DNA from: a virus
Virus record (IMG/VR): IMGVR_UViG_3300045988_117159
DNA: 54,852 nucleotides
Strand: one strand, 5' to 3'
Numbering within the stretch: position 1 is the first letter of the stretch; each line of letters begins with the position of its first letter. The notes below the pieces were generated by a model. That model was not told where the DNA came from and did no database searches. It saw only the letters and a list, made by a program, of their open reading frames with translations. Shown here piece after piece: positions 8,865 to 17,217 of the stretch. Made by a program: the position numbers and the translations under genes.

Positions 8865-9161
8865 TTATTCTTCATAAGGTTCAAATTCTTCAAAATCATC
8901 ATTATCATCATTATTTCTTAAAGCAATTTGATGATAAAGTGCTTCTAATGATGGACTATAGAAACTTTCTACTTGTCTAATGTTTCTTAATTCATCATGA
9001 ATAACTCTACCAAAGAAATAACCGTCACTGCATTCAATAACTTCGAGCTTTACTTGTACATTGCTATTAATATAATAGCTTTCTTCGTCCGTAGGATAAA
9101 CACACCCTACGTTATCACAATATCGCATCGCTTCTTTAATTGTCAAAATTGTTTCTACCAT
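8865..9161 (-). CDS. hypothetical acidic protein (98 aa), first gene behind promoter copy 3
   Basis: ORF directly after the cassette. Acidic tail NDDNDDFEEFEPYEE. Confidence 0.55.
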   Translation of the reverse strand: MVETILTIKEAMRYCDNVGCVYPTDEESYYINSNVQVKLEVIECSDGYFFGRVIHDELRNIRQVESFYSPSLEALYHQIALRNNDDNDDFEEFEPYEE

Positions 9162-9216
9162 TTTTCTTACCCTTTTTGATAACTCTTATTTGTTATCCCT
9201 TTCTTATTACATATAT

Positions 9217-9245
9217 AGTATAACATATATTTTTATGTATAACAA
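9217..9245 (-). promoter_or_regulatory. Early promoter cassette copy 3 (divergent: -35 TTGTTA 9245..9240, -10 TATACT 9222..9217)
   Basis: Same -10 and downstream ATATATG. The core TGTTATAC is displaced 8 bp upstream by an insertion. Confidence 0.55.
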
Positions 9246-9284
9246 TATATTTTGTTAAATTTGTTAAAAAATTTTAAAAATAAA

Positions 9285-9307
9285 AAGGTGTAAAATAATT
9301 ACACCTT
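9285..9307 (-). terminator. Rho-independent terminator (AAGGTGTAA/TTACACCTT)
   Basis: 9-bp stem, 5-nt loop, then TTTTTATTTTT on the coding strand. Abuts the stop of the 113-aa gene. Confidence 0.7.
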
Positions 9308-9648
9308 TAAATAATAGTTGTATTTGAAATTGATTCTAAATTTTTAAGATGATTTTTAAAAACTTGTTTTTCTTCTAATGTGCAAGAATTATAAAGTTCA
9401 CTCAACATCTTTCTAATAGTAGATAATAATGTTTCAAGATTATCAATATTTCTATTGTGCATATAATTAACAAATAAACCTTGGATATCCATAATAGTTT
9501 CATCAACATTACTTTCAGGAACTAAATCATATCCTTGATTTATTTTATTTATTTCAGCAAGTATTAAAAATGCCTCAACATCAAATCCTTTTTTAAGTTG
9601 ATTTTCAGCTAACTCTTTAGCAATGGGAATACTTTCCTCGAATGTCAT
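9307..9648 (-). CDS. hypothetical helical protein (113 aa), accessory island
   Basis: ORF, last gene before terminator 9285-9307. Confidence 0.5.
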   Translation of the reverse strand: MTFEESIPIAKELAENQLKKGFDVEAFLILAEINKINQGYDLVPESNVDETIMDIQGLFVNYMHNRNIDNLETLLSTIRKMLSELYNSCTLEEKQVFKNHLKNLESISNTTII

Positions 9649-9652
9649 ATAA

Positions 9653-9946
9653 TTACATTCCTAGCATTACTTTCACAACTGCTAATTTATCAGTGTATTT
9701 TCTGATGCATTTTTCCCAACAGTCTTTATCTTCTTGCGATAAATATACTGAATCTAATTCATCATATTCTTCCATTCCCATTTCTTTTAAATTTGATGCA
9801 TGCTGTAATTCTTGCATTGCCATATCATGATACATTTTTGACCATTGAGGCTTCATATTTTTATAATATACATATGATTCTGCATAATCTCTAGCACTGC
9901 ATAATTCATCTTTAATAGAATCCATATACATTTCTAGTCTTTTCAT
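9653..9946 (-). CDS. hypothetical helical protein (97 aa from the ATG at 9946)
   Basis: AGGAGG lies 8 nt upstream of ATG 9946. The track start at 9955 is a GTG inside the SD. Confidence 0.5.
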   Translation of the reverse strand: MKRLEMYMDSIKDELCSARDYAESYVYYKNMKPQWSKMYHDMAMQELQHASNLKEMGMEEYDELDSVYLSQEDKDCWEKCIRKYTDKLAVVKVMLGM

Positions 9947-9958
9947 AATGAGCACCTC

Positions 9959-10369
9959 CTAGCAAATTTTAGTTACAACAACATCAAAATCACCTGTAAC
10001 TTCTACACCCGTATTAATGAATTGTAATAATGTTGGAGAATCACAGCATCTTCCTAAATTATTGTCTTTGACTTGAACTAAAGTAGTGATAGGAACATTG
10101 ACTGAAGTTGTAATTGTAGCTCCTGTGATAGTTCTAGTTGCTTGAGGTTGATTGATTCCATTTTTAGTCATACCAATAACCACATCTCCAGCAGTACCTG
10201 CTAAAACAGTAGCATTAAAAACAACTTCATAAATACCGCATTTATTTAATTGAATTGTTGATACACCATTTAATTCGGCAGTACATCCTTTCTTTAAAGT
10301 CACGCTATTAAAAGGAATAATTCCTGTTGTAGCAACTACACTTTGACTTGTTGAATAAGCTTCTAACAT
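9959..10369 (-). CDS. BclA C-terminal / BxpB-like (TNF/C1q-fold-like) beta-rich protein
   Basis: All-beta, T/V/G/N-rich 136-aa sequence. It resembles exosporium BclA-CTD/ExsFA-type domains. Cys-containing C-terminus. Confidence 0.4.
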   Translation of the reverse strand: MLEAYSTSQSVVATTGIIPFNSVTLKKGCTAELNGVSTIQLNKCGIYEVVFNATVLAGTAGDVVIGMTKNGINQPQATRTITGATITTSVNVPITTLVQVKDNNLGRCCDSPTLLQFINTGVEVTGDFDVVVTKIC

Positions 10370-10408
10370 AATAATTTCCCCTCTCTATAATAATTTATTT
10401 TTAATAAA

Positions 10409-10438
10409 AAGTGGGAAGTTGTTCTAGCATTCCCACTT
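10409..10438 (-). terminator. Rho-independent terminator (AAGTGGGAA/TTCCCACTT)
   Basis: 9-bp GC-containing stem, 12-nt loop, then TTTTTATT on the coding strand. Confidence 0.6.
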
Positions 10439-10480
10439 AAACCTATAGGCATACTACAATGCTCATTTAATATTTAATTT

Positions 10481-11083
10481 TTAGATGTTTGAACATCCGC
10501 AACCTGAATTAAACACAGGGCTAAAACCTGCAGTATAAGTGGTTGCATTTGGATATCTAACTACACCACACATCGCTGATTGTAGTTGTAATTGATTAAC
10601 TTGTGCTTGTAATGTTTCAATTTTGTTTTGAGCCAAAGCATCAAGAATCTTTTGAGTTTGAGCTGTTGTGTTTGCATTAATACTAGCAGTATTAATAGCA
10701 CCGTTATAATTAACACCATCAATAGCTCTTTGAGTTGTGCAGCAACATTCAGCTAATTGTGTTTGAGTTGCATTAAAATTTCTTAATGTTTCATAACCTA
10801 AATTACTTAATCCATTTTGAAGTCCTTGATAATTATGTTGAACGTTATCATTTAATCTTCCAACAGAATTTTCTAGGTTATTGAAATTCATAGCATTACA
10901 TAACCCTGCTTCAGTTACTGGTTCTCCATTGAGATTTCTAGTTCCTCCAAAGAAACCTCCTCCACCAATCATCAATAAAATTAGCAATGCGAAAATCCAC
11001 ATTCCGCCATCAGCACCACCAAACATTCCGTTAGTTTTATCAGTCACTGCAGCAATGTCGGCTAAAGATACTCCTGAATCCAT
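10481..11083 (-). CDS. membrane-anchored Gly-rich, Q/N-rich and Cys-rich protein (200 aa)
   Basis: GMFGGADGGMWIFALLILLMIGGGGFFGG transmembrane segment, reminiscent of tiny YjcZ-type sporulation peptides. CCC and CGC clusters. Q/N-rich coiled region. Confidence 0.5.
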   Translation of the reverse strand: MDSGVSLADIAAVTDKTNGMFGGADGGMWIFALLILLMIGGGGFFGGTRNLNGEPVTEAGLCNAMNFNNLENSVGRLNDNVQHNYQGLQNGLSNLGYETLRNFNATQTQLAECCCTTQRAIDGVNYNGAINTASINANTTAQTQKILDALAQNKIETLQAQVNQLQLQSAMCGVVRYPNATTYTAGFSPVFNSGCGCSNI

Positions 11084-11132
11084 AAGTCATTTCTCCTTTC
11101 TTTTGTTAAATTTATATGAAAAAGCTTTAAGC

Positions 11133-11387
11133 TTATTTCATCATTTTTAATATTTCATTAGGGTCAATGTTCATATCTTTACATTTTTGATAAAAAACAT
11201 CTTTTGGGTTTTTACCTTCGCACATTTTCAGAACCTCTTGAACTTGAGGATTAGATTGAGCCATATTCATCAAAGTTTGTTGAGGATTCCTAGCAAAGTT
11301 AAACATATTCATCATATTTTTAACGTTTGACATTATTGGATTTTGATTTAATTGTGTCGAGGTCTTGTTGAACAAACTGCTTGCCAT
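11133..11387 (-). CDS. hypothetical protein (up to 84 aa; start uncertain, alternative ATG at 11333)
   Basis: ORF overlapping the 3' end of the upstream gene in another frame. GGAG lies 11 nt before ATG 11387. Confidence 0.4.
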   Translation of the reverse strand: MASSLFNKTSTQLNQNPIMSNVKNMMNMFNFARNPQQTLMNMAQSNPQVQEVLKMCEGKNPKDVFYQKCKDMNIDPNEILKMMK

Positions 11388-11748
11388 AGTCCATCATCTC
11401 CTTTTTAAAATTTTCAAATTCTTCTCTACTCACAAAATCATTTGAGGGTTGAGATACTTGTTGATTGTCTAAAATTTCAGTAAAAGAAAATTTTCTAATA
11501 TTTCCAAAGCCTGCTCCATCAGTTTGCTTTATATACATAATGTCACTATTACCGTCAAACAAAGCAACAGTACTATTTGGAGCCATTTGATAAGTTTGAG
11601 CACCTTGTAAACCATTTACTCTTATTAATTCTTGAGGTACTAAATTATTTGGAGTACTCATATTATTTAAGTTATTTAAGTTTTGATTATTATAGGATTG
11701 CATGTTATAAGGGTACTGCATACCCATTGAGTAGGGATTTTGATACAT
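11320..11748 (-). CDS. hypothetical protein with a Q/N/Y-rich N-terminus (142 aa)
   Basis: Strong SD AAAGGAGG. Prion-like MYQNPYSMGMQYPYNMQSYNNQNLNNLNN followed by a globular beta-like domain. Confidence 0.55.
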   Translation of the reverse strand: MYQNPYSMGMQYPYNMQSYNNQNLNNLNNMSTPNNLVPQELIRVNGLQGAQTYQMAPNSTVALFDGNSDIMYIKQTDGAGFGNIRKFSFTEILDNQQVSQPSNDFVSREEFENFKKEMMDYGKQFVQQDLDTIKSKSNNVKR

Positions 11749-11767
11749 AATGTATAACCTCCTTTGT

Positions 11768-11788
11768 TTTTACAATAAAATTGTAAAA
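11768..11788. promoter_or_regulatory. Perfect 9-bp inverted repeat TTTTACAAT-AAA-ATTGTAAAA overlapping a candidate promoter (-35 TTGTGA 11808..11803, -10 TACAAT 11785..11780)
   Basis: Palindrome read directly. The hexamers are 17 nt apart on the coding strand, between the terminator and the SD of the 142-aa gene. Confidence 0.4.
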
Positions 11789-11793
11789 TAAAA

Positions 11794-11825
11794 AGTACAC
11801 TATCACAATGTAATGATAGTGTACT
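11794..11825 (-). terminator. Strong rho-independent terminator (12-bp stem AGTACACTATCA/TGATAGTGTACT)
   Basis: 12-bp perfect stem, 8-nt loop, then TTTTTATTTT on the coding strand. Lies after the 66-aa HTH gene. Confidence 0.75.
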
Positions 11826-11837
11826 AAAAGTGTACAA

Positions 11838-12038
11838 TTATAGAATTTTTAAAATTTTCTTATTAACTTTTTGACTTAATTTTCTTGCATAATCACTAGA
11901 TATATCTAGTTCTTCAGCTATTTGTTCTAATGGGATACCTCTTGCTATCATTTCAAATAAATCTTTTTCATAATTTACAAAATTGCATTTATTTCTAAAT
12001 AGGTCTAGTTCGGGTTCAGTAAAGTCAGAAATAATCAT
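11838..12038 (-). CDS. small sigma-70 region 4 / LuxR-type HTH protein (66 aa)
   Basis: GIPLEQIAEELDISSDYARKLSQKVNKKI matches the region-4.2-type HTH pattern. Last gene of the late and lysis transcription unit. Confidence 0.5.
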   Translation of the reverse strand: MIISDFTEPELDLFRNKCNFVNYEKDLFEMIARGIPLEQIAEELDISSDYARKLSQKVNKKILKIL

Positions 12039-12098
12039 CTACGCTTACCTTTTCTTCTTCTACTTCTAGGTACATTTCTTCTAATAGTTTTAGTTACT

Positions 12099-12338
12099 CT
12101 AATTCGTGCCATTATTAATAGTTCCATTTCCATCTACATAATTAGCATCACTATTATCATTTGTTTCAATTTGCGTAGTTGTAGTTTCTTCAGTTGGAAG
12201 ATTCCAAAAATACAACCAAGCAATATTTGTAGCAAAGAATAATAGTAACATTGTAATAAATGCAATAAACCATCTTTTAGATTGATCTTTGATTTCTTTT
12301 AGACAATCAACAGCTAGAGTATCATGTTTTTCTTCCAT
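12099..12338 (-). CDS. single-pass membrane protein downstream of the endolysin
   Basis: Transmembrane segment WFIAFITMLLLFFATNIAWLYFW and a T/N-rich tail. Confidence 0.5.
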   Translation of the reverse strand: MEEKHDTLAVDCLKEIKDQSKRWFIAFITMLLLFFATNIAWLYFWNLPTEETTTTQIETNDNSDANYVDGNGTINNGTN

Positions 12339-12342
12339 AGCA

Positions 12343-13221
12343 TTATACTCCCATTAACGCCATGATGGTATTTTTACCTGCGATACCATCAGCAGTTAAG
12401 CCTTTTGATTTTTGGAATGCTTTAACGGCAGCTTCAGTATTGTTTCCAAATTTAGCATCAGTACCTTGAGGGTTGAATCCATAACAATATAAAGCAACTT
12501 GAACTGCTCTAACCATTTCTTGATACTCACCATTTCTAACATAGTGACGACCTAAAGCATTGATGGTTTTAGACCCACATTTTCCATCAACGGCTAACCA
12601 AGCATTATAATCATGGTTCATAGCAATTTGGAAACATCTAATAATATTAGCTTTTGTTTTAGGTCCATAGATTCCATCAGTATCAATTTTAACTCCTGTA
12701 TAATTGATAGTATGTTGTTGGCCTAAAGCAATTAAATCATTTCCTTTGGAAGTTGATTGTGGTATTGATGGTTTTGAAGTTGAAGTAGTTGAGTGTTCTT
12801 CGTATCTAAAATGATAATCCCATCCACCTTTATACGTATAGAATGAACGTGTACAAATTTCTTTTCCTGTTTGGTCACCAGTTTTACCTCCGGTAGTTTT
12901 TCCTTTTTCATTAATTGATGCATGTACAATGTTTTTAGCATCAATGCACATAACCACATGATGTCCTTCTTTTAAGAAAATATCTCCACGTTTTCTAGGT
13001 GAATCAATAGGAATAGCTTTAAAACCATTTTTTAATAATTGTTCTCTTAAATTTCTAGTAGTAGAACCACTATTTACATTAAATCCAGCTTTATGCAAAG
13101 CAGTACCAACTAATGATGAACAATCATAATTAGGACCATTTCTATGTGCTTGGTCATAACCATGTGAATTATCTCTAGCGATTGCTTCCATAAATGATAC
13201 TGCAGTTTCAATTTTTGACAT
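12343..13221 (-). CDS. endolysin: NlpC/P60-type cysteine peptidase + 2 PG_binding_1-like repeats
   Basis: YDCSSLVG catalytic Cys context, GDIFLKEGHHVVM His. C-terminal DGIYGPKTKANI and DAKFGNNTEAAVKAFQKSKGLTADGIAG repeats. Confidence 0.85.
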   Translation of the reverse strand: MSKIETAVSFMEAIARDNSHGYDQAHRNGPNYDCSSLVGTALHKAGFNVNSGSTTRNLREQLLKNGFKAIPIDSPRKRGDIFLKEGHHVVMCIDAKNIVHASINEKGKTTGGKTGDQTGKEICTRSFYTYKGGWDYHFRYEEHSTTSTSKPSIPQSTSKGNDLIALGQQHTINYTGVKIDTDGIYGPKTKANIIRCFQIAMNHDYNAWLAVDGKCGSKTINALGRHYVRNGEYQEMVRAVQVALYCYGFNPQGTDAKFGNNTEAAVKAFQKSKGLTADGIAGKNTIMALMGV

Positions 13222-13496
13222 TATTCATTTCCTCCATATTTTCCTGATAATAATTTAATCCAATTTTTAACTAATTCATAGCATCCTGTAGCACCTAATC
13301 CAATATAAGCACCAATTACAGCTTTTTCAAATGTTCCATATAAAATAAAATATGAAACTCCACCAACAAATGCTAAAATAGTTGGAATAAGCTTATTATT
13401 AATCACTGCATCATTAGTCCATGTTTTAACAATATATCCAATTAAAACACAACCTAATAATACTGCTGGATTAATAGTTTCTAATAAAAAATCCAT
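13221..13496 (-). CDS. holin
   Basis: 91 aa with 2-3 hydrophobic helices and a charged C-terminus. Immediately upstream of the endolysin, with stop/start overlap. Confidence 0.7.
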   Translation of the reverse strand: MDFLLETINPAVLLGCVLIGYIVKTWTNDAVINNKLIPTILAFVGGVSYFILYGTFEKAVIGAYIGLGATGCYELVKNWIKLLSGKYGGNE

Positions 13497-13560
13497 TTAA
13501 AAATCCTCCTTTCTTTTTAACATTATAACATTTATATACATAATTTAAAAGTATTTATAA

Positions 13561-14322
13561 TTATGCAATTCTTTCCCAAATATAAGTAAGCTGTGTTGGT
13601 TGGATATTTTGTCCATCGCCACTACCTGCTATGTCAGTGGATACATTTTGCGAGTATATTTCAGCATATCCTTCACCTGAATAATCCCTCCTTCTATAGA
13701 CATTTCCTTGTTCATTGGCGGTTACATTCTGTTCATGAGCATGTGTTTGTAACCATTTACTCCCAATAGTTTTTCCTGCATCTTGATTAAAAGTTGTATG
13801 AATATTTGTATCAGTATCATCCTCATTGATACCACCTAAAATATATCCTTTGATTCTAACCCATTTAGTTCCAGGATAATATTCATTAGGGTCAAAATCT
13901 TTTCTAGAATTATAAATTTGAGTTCCCACAGGTGGGTATAAATAAGAACTAGCTGGAAGTTTAATTGAAAAACTATATTGATTATTAACTCTTTTTAATA
14001 ATAAATCTTCTCCTGTGAATGAAAGACAATTAAAAATAATATAATCACTATTTTCCTCACTTGATAATAGTCTAATTTTCATTTGAGCATTTCCATTAAA
14101 GTAAGATTCTTGAACACTATATTCAAGTTGCCCATTTTCATTTTTAGATAAAGCGCTAGATTTAATAACATTTGATTGAGTATCAGTTATTTCAATAATA
14201 TAATTAGTTATTTGAGTGTTAAGAGGTGTTAAATAAATCAATAGAGAATTATTACCACTGTCCACACTATATAATCCATTTTTAGAAGCATCATTAAAAT
14301 CATAACTTAAAATATTTTTCAT
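13561..14322 (-). CDS. tail fibre/collar-like structural protein
   Basis: C-terminal YPPVGTQIY..YYPGTKWVRIKG..THAHEQN resembles the tail-collar/fibre motif family (PVGSIY..GTWE..H.H). Confidence 0.45.
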   Translation of the reverse strand: MKNILSYDFNDASKNGLYSVDSGNNSLLIYLTPLNTQITNYIIEITDTQSNVIKSSALSKNENGQLEYSVQESYFNGNAQMKIRLLSSEENSDYIIFNCLSFTGEDLLLKRVNNQYSFSIKLPASSYLYPPVGTQIYNSRKDFDPNEYYPGTKWVRIKGYILGGINEDDTDTNIHTTFNQDAGKTIGSKWLQTHAHEQNVTANEQGNVYRRRDYSGEGYAEIYSQNVSTDIAGSGDGQNIQPTQLTYIWERIA

Positions 14323-14354
14323 AATAATAAATTCCTTTCATAAAATATAATTTA

Positions 14355-14385
14355 AAAGTATAGTCTTTATTTTTGACTATACTTT
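14355..14385 (-). terminator. Hairpin (11-bp stem AAAGTATAGTC/GACTATACTTT) inside the late operon
   Basis: Perfect 11-bp stem, 9-nt loop, then TTTTAAATT. Overlaps the stop of the 89-aa gene. Confidence 0.45.
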
Positions 14386-14636
14386 ATTCTCTCCACCTCT
14401 TCCTTAACTTCAGAAAGATTATCTTCAACTTCATCTATACGTTCATGAATTCTTCTATGACTATCTTTATTTGAAACAGTAAATTTATCAATATTGTTTT
14501 CAATAGCAGTAAGTCTAGTCATCAATTTTGTAATTGTGGAATTCAATTTAATTATAGGATTTCCAACTGCCAAGAATAAACCTACTAAAGTTGCAATAGA
14601 TATAACTACAATCCAAGAAATTTCATATTCTAACAT
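14367..14636 (-). CDS. membrane-anchored coiled-coil protein (89 aa)
   Basis: N-terminal transmembrane segment ISWIVVISIATLVGLFLAV followed by heptad-like repeats. Confidence 0.5.
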   Translation of the reverse strand: MLEYEISWIVVISIATLVGLFLAVGNPIIKLNSTITKLMTRLTAIENNIDKFTVSNKDSHRRIHERIDEVEDNLSEVKEEVERIKYSQK

Positions 14637-16153
14637 TATACATTATCTCCTTTAAAGTCAATATAGCCACCTGCCAAATTTACAAAGCCTACTATACCGC
14701 TAATTGAATAACTTGAAGATGTAACTGTAATAAATGCACTGTTTTTTCCTGTGTGTGCTTCTAATTGAGTATTTAATGATGAGCTAAAGGTTGTTCCATT
14801 AGCATCTCTCAGCATTGCTATAGTTGATGGTGAAAATGTCATTTCTATTGTTGGTTTCTTATACATCGGGAATGGGTATTTTACATACATTTCTACTTTT
14901 TTATCATGTGAAATGAAAGCGGGTATCCTTAACATATCATCCTCAGTGCATCTCCAGAAGTATCTTCTGCATTCATCAAATTCTTTTTGATAATTAGGTT
15001 TAAACCCTGTAAATTTTTTACCTTTTTCTAATTTAACAAATTGGATAGGATAAGATGATGCACTAGTGGCTTCATCTGATATTGATAGTCTTGGGTATTG
15101 TGTATGTCTTGAAAACTGAATACTATATACAACTTTACCTTTATCATCAGTTAAATCTAGTGAGCCTAAAATCCCTGTGCTTAAATCTGTATAGAATGTT
15201 ACTGACTGTGTTTCTCTACCTCTTAATTTAGCTGATAACGTATAATATCCACTTTCTAGTGTATCACTTATATGTGACGGTAAGTCCTGACATAAATCAG
15301 CACTATATAAAGTTATGCCTTCATTTGTTACATTAACCTGTGCTATATCATTTGTTGCTTTATATAAGTCCCACATGTCAATAGTTTTAAAATCATCCAC
15401 GCTGTAACTGTAAGTCACAGAACCTCTTTGATTTACCGGTTTTAAAAAGTAGCTATTAATAAGAATATTTTCATTTTCAAAGTAATCAGTTTTTTCTTTA
15501 ATAGCATCAATTTCAATTTGTAATTTTCCAGCACTATCTGTAGAAAGTTTGTCTTTCATTTGATTGAACCAAGTATTAAATTGACTCTCGTATTGTTTGA
15601 ACAAAACTGAATAATCAATTTCATCAATAGTTCCAGCTACCCACCCACAAATAGAACTATCAGGACGAGTGTCTGTGATATTTGATTGTGTAATAGTAGA
15701 AGAATTTGCAGATACTAGAACATTAGCTAAAACAATATCTTTAATGGTATCATTGTAAGTTCTTGCAGGTGGTGTTGGTGATGTTGAAGGTAGGCCTTTA
15801 ATTACTTTAATTTCAGCATTTCTAACTGATAATGTATCATCAACACGCATTACAATTCTATCAATTCTATTTTGAGAATTTGCAGAATCTAAAGTTAATG
15901 TGACATTATCATTAACTAAAACTGTAACTCCTCCTACCATACAACTTCCTTTATTTACTTGAACTCCTAATGTACCATTTTCCACAACTTGTAAGTTATT
16001 GGACGGATTAGGAAATACTCCCTCTTTAAAATAAGTTTTTAATAGATTTCTAAAACCTTTTGAGTCTGTAGCTCTATCATAAATAGGTGTTCCATCTGAT
16101 TCATAGCTTTGGACTTGTGAATCAAATGGGAATGCTTGAATATTTTGTGCCAT
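14636..16153 (-). CDS. tail fibre / receptor-binding structural protein
   Basis: 505 aa downstream of the Tal-position gene. The N-terminus (FPFDS..YDRA..GV..NRIDRIV) is typical of Firmicute phage fibre proteins. Confidence 0.5.
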   Translation of the reverse strand: MAQNIQAFPFDSQVQSYESDGTPIYDRATDSKGFRNLLKTYFKEGVFPNPSNNLQVVENGTLGVQVNKGSCMVGGVTVLVNDNVTLTLDSANSQNRIDRIVMRVDDTLSVRNAEIKVIKGLPSTSPTPPARTYNDTIKDIVLANVLVSANSSTITQSNITDTRPDSSICGWVAGTIDEIDYSVLFKQYESQFNTWFNQMKDKLSTDSAGKLQIEIDAIKEKTDYFENENILINSYFLKPVNQRGSVTYSYSVDDFKTIDMWDLYKATNDIAQVNVTNEGITLYSADLCQDLPSHISDTLESGYYTLSAKLRGRETQSVTFYTDLSTGILGSLDLTDDKGKVVYSIQFSRHTQYPRLSISDEATSASSYPIQFVKLEKGKKFTGFKPNYQKEFDECRRYFWRCTEDDMLRIPAFISHDKKVEMYVKYPFPMYKKPTIEMTFSPSTIAMLRDANGTTFSSSLNTQLEAHTGKNSAFITVTSSSYSISGIVGFVNLAGGYIDFKGDNV

Positions 16154-16158
16154 ATAAA

Positions 16159-17217
16159 TTACCTCCTTATCTTATTTTTATTCCTAATGACATTTCCTAC
16201 TTTAATTTCGATAGAAATGTCACCTTGTTTCATAACTTCATAAATTTCAATAATTCTAACTTCTAATTGTAATCCATATTCATCTAACACACAATCTACT
16301 TTAGTTCCTAAATCATAGTCTTTCATATATTCATATCCTTGAGGTATAATTTTAAAGTCTACTGTTTGTTCAATGACATAATCCAATGATTTTTCTAAAC
16401 CTTTTTGAATAAGTTCTTCCTTATATTCTTCTAAAGTTTGTTTTTCATCATCAAATTGTACGTCCCTTTGGTCTATGAACTGTTTATATTTATAATTACC
16501 ATTTGATAAATCTAAATAAGCCACTATACGATTTTCAGCTTTATCACTTCCTGCAATAATAAAGTAATTTTTATATTTTGATTTGTCAATATTGATTGTA
16601 GGGTTTTTAATGGTATCTTGAACTGTTGAAAATGTAACAAATTCATTTCCTTCAGCTGATTGTGTTTTATCCTCTCCTTTATAAATTATAACATTTAATT
16701 CATCATTCTCAAAATTGTATACACATTTATAACTCATTTCTTGTGTCTGTAAGGTTTCATAGCATTTATCAGCTAATTCGCTTCCTGTTTCTTGATATTC
16801 AATAGTAGAACTTACCAGTCCTTCTTGATGTGTAATCTCTTTGATGGGAATATCTTCTTTGTACTGTCTTATCATATTTTCTACAGTTTGAATGAGTTGT
16901 CCACTACCATAGAAAGTAGGATAGATAACTTTATCATTTAATGTTCTTTCTAAAAAGTACCCTGAGATCTGAACATATTTTGTATTTTCTATTTTTAGCA
17001 TCTTTTTGACTTCGCCAGTTTCAGGTCTATCTTTGGTATAAATGTATTTAATGTTTGCTGAATACTGCTCTATGGGAATTATGATTGTAAAATCTCCATA
17101 GGTATAATATTTACGATTCCATTGCACGTTAGTTGGAGTTAATAGAGTTAATAATTGGAAGTTGGCATCTAATGCTTTAAATTCCAACATATCTTTGATT
17201 ATAGTAGATTGTAACAC
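16159..17217 (-). CDS. tail-associated protein (Tal position, Gp37-like)
   Basis: Position after Dit. 352 aa. The start may be an internal Met (overlaps the Dit 3' end). Confidence 0.45.
   Translation of the reverse strand: MLQSTIIKDMLEFKALDANFQLLTLLTPTNVQWNRKYYTYGDFTIIIPIEQYSANIKYIYTKDRPETGEVKKMLKIENTKYVQISGYFLERTLNDKVIYPTFYGSGQLIQTVENMIRQYKEDIPIKEITHQEGLVSSTIEYQETGSELADKCYETLQTQEMSYKCVYNFENDELNVIIYKGEDKTQSAEGNEFVTFSTVQDTIKNPTINIDKSKYKNYFIIAGSDKAENRIVAYLDLSNGNYKYKQFIDQRDVQFDDEKQTLEEYKEELIQKGLEKSLDYVIEQTVDFKIIPQGYEYMKDYDLGTKVDCVLDEYGLQLEVRIIEIYEVMKQGDISIEIKVGNVIRNKNKIRR

Noticed and set aside
12732-12959. Minus-strand 75-aa ORF inside the endolysin gene. The 67-aa ORF at 37230-37433 is a similar case.
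   Set aside because: Both are alternative frames nested in, or overlapping, better-supported genes (endolysin; NUMOD-like gene plus micro-ORFs). Neither has an SD or a motif.
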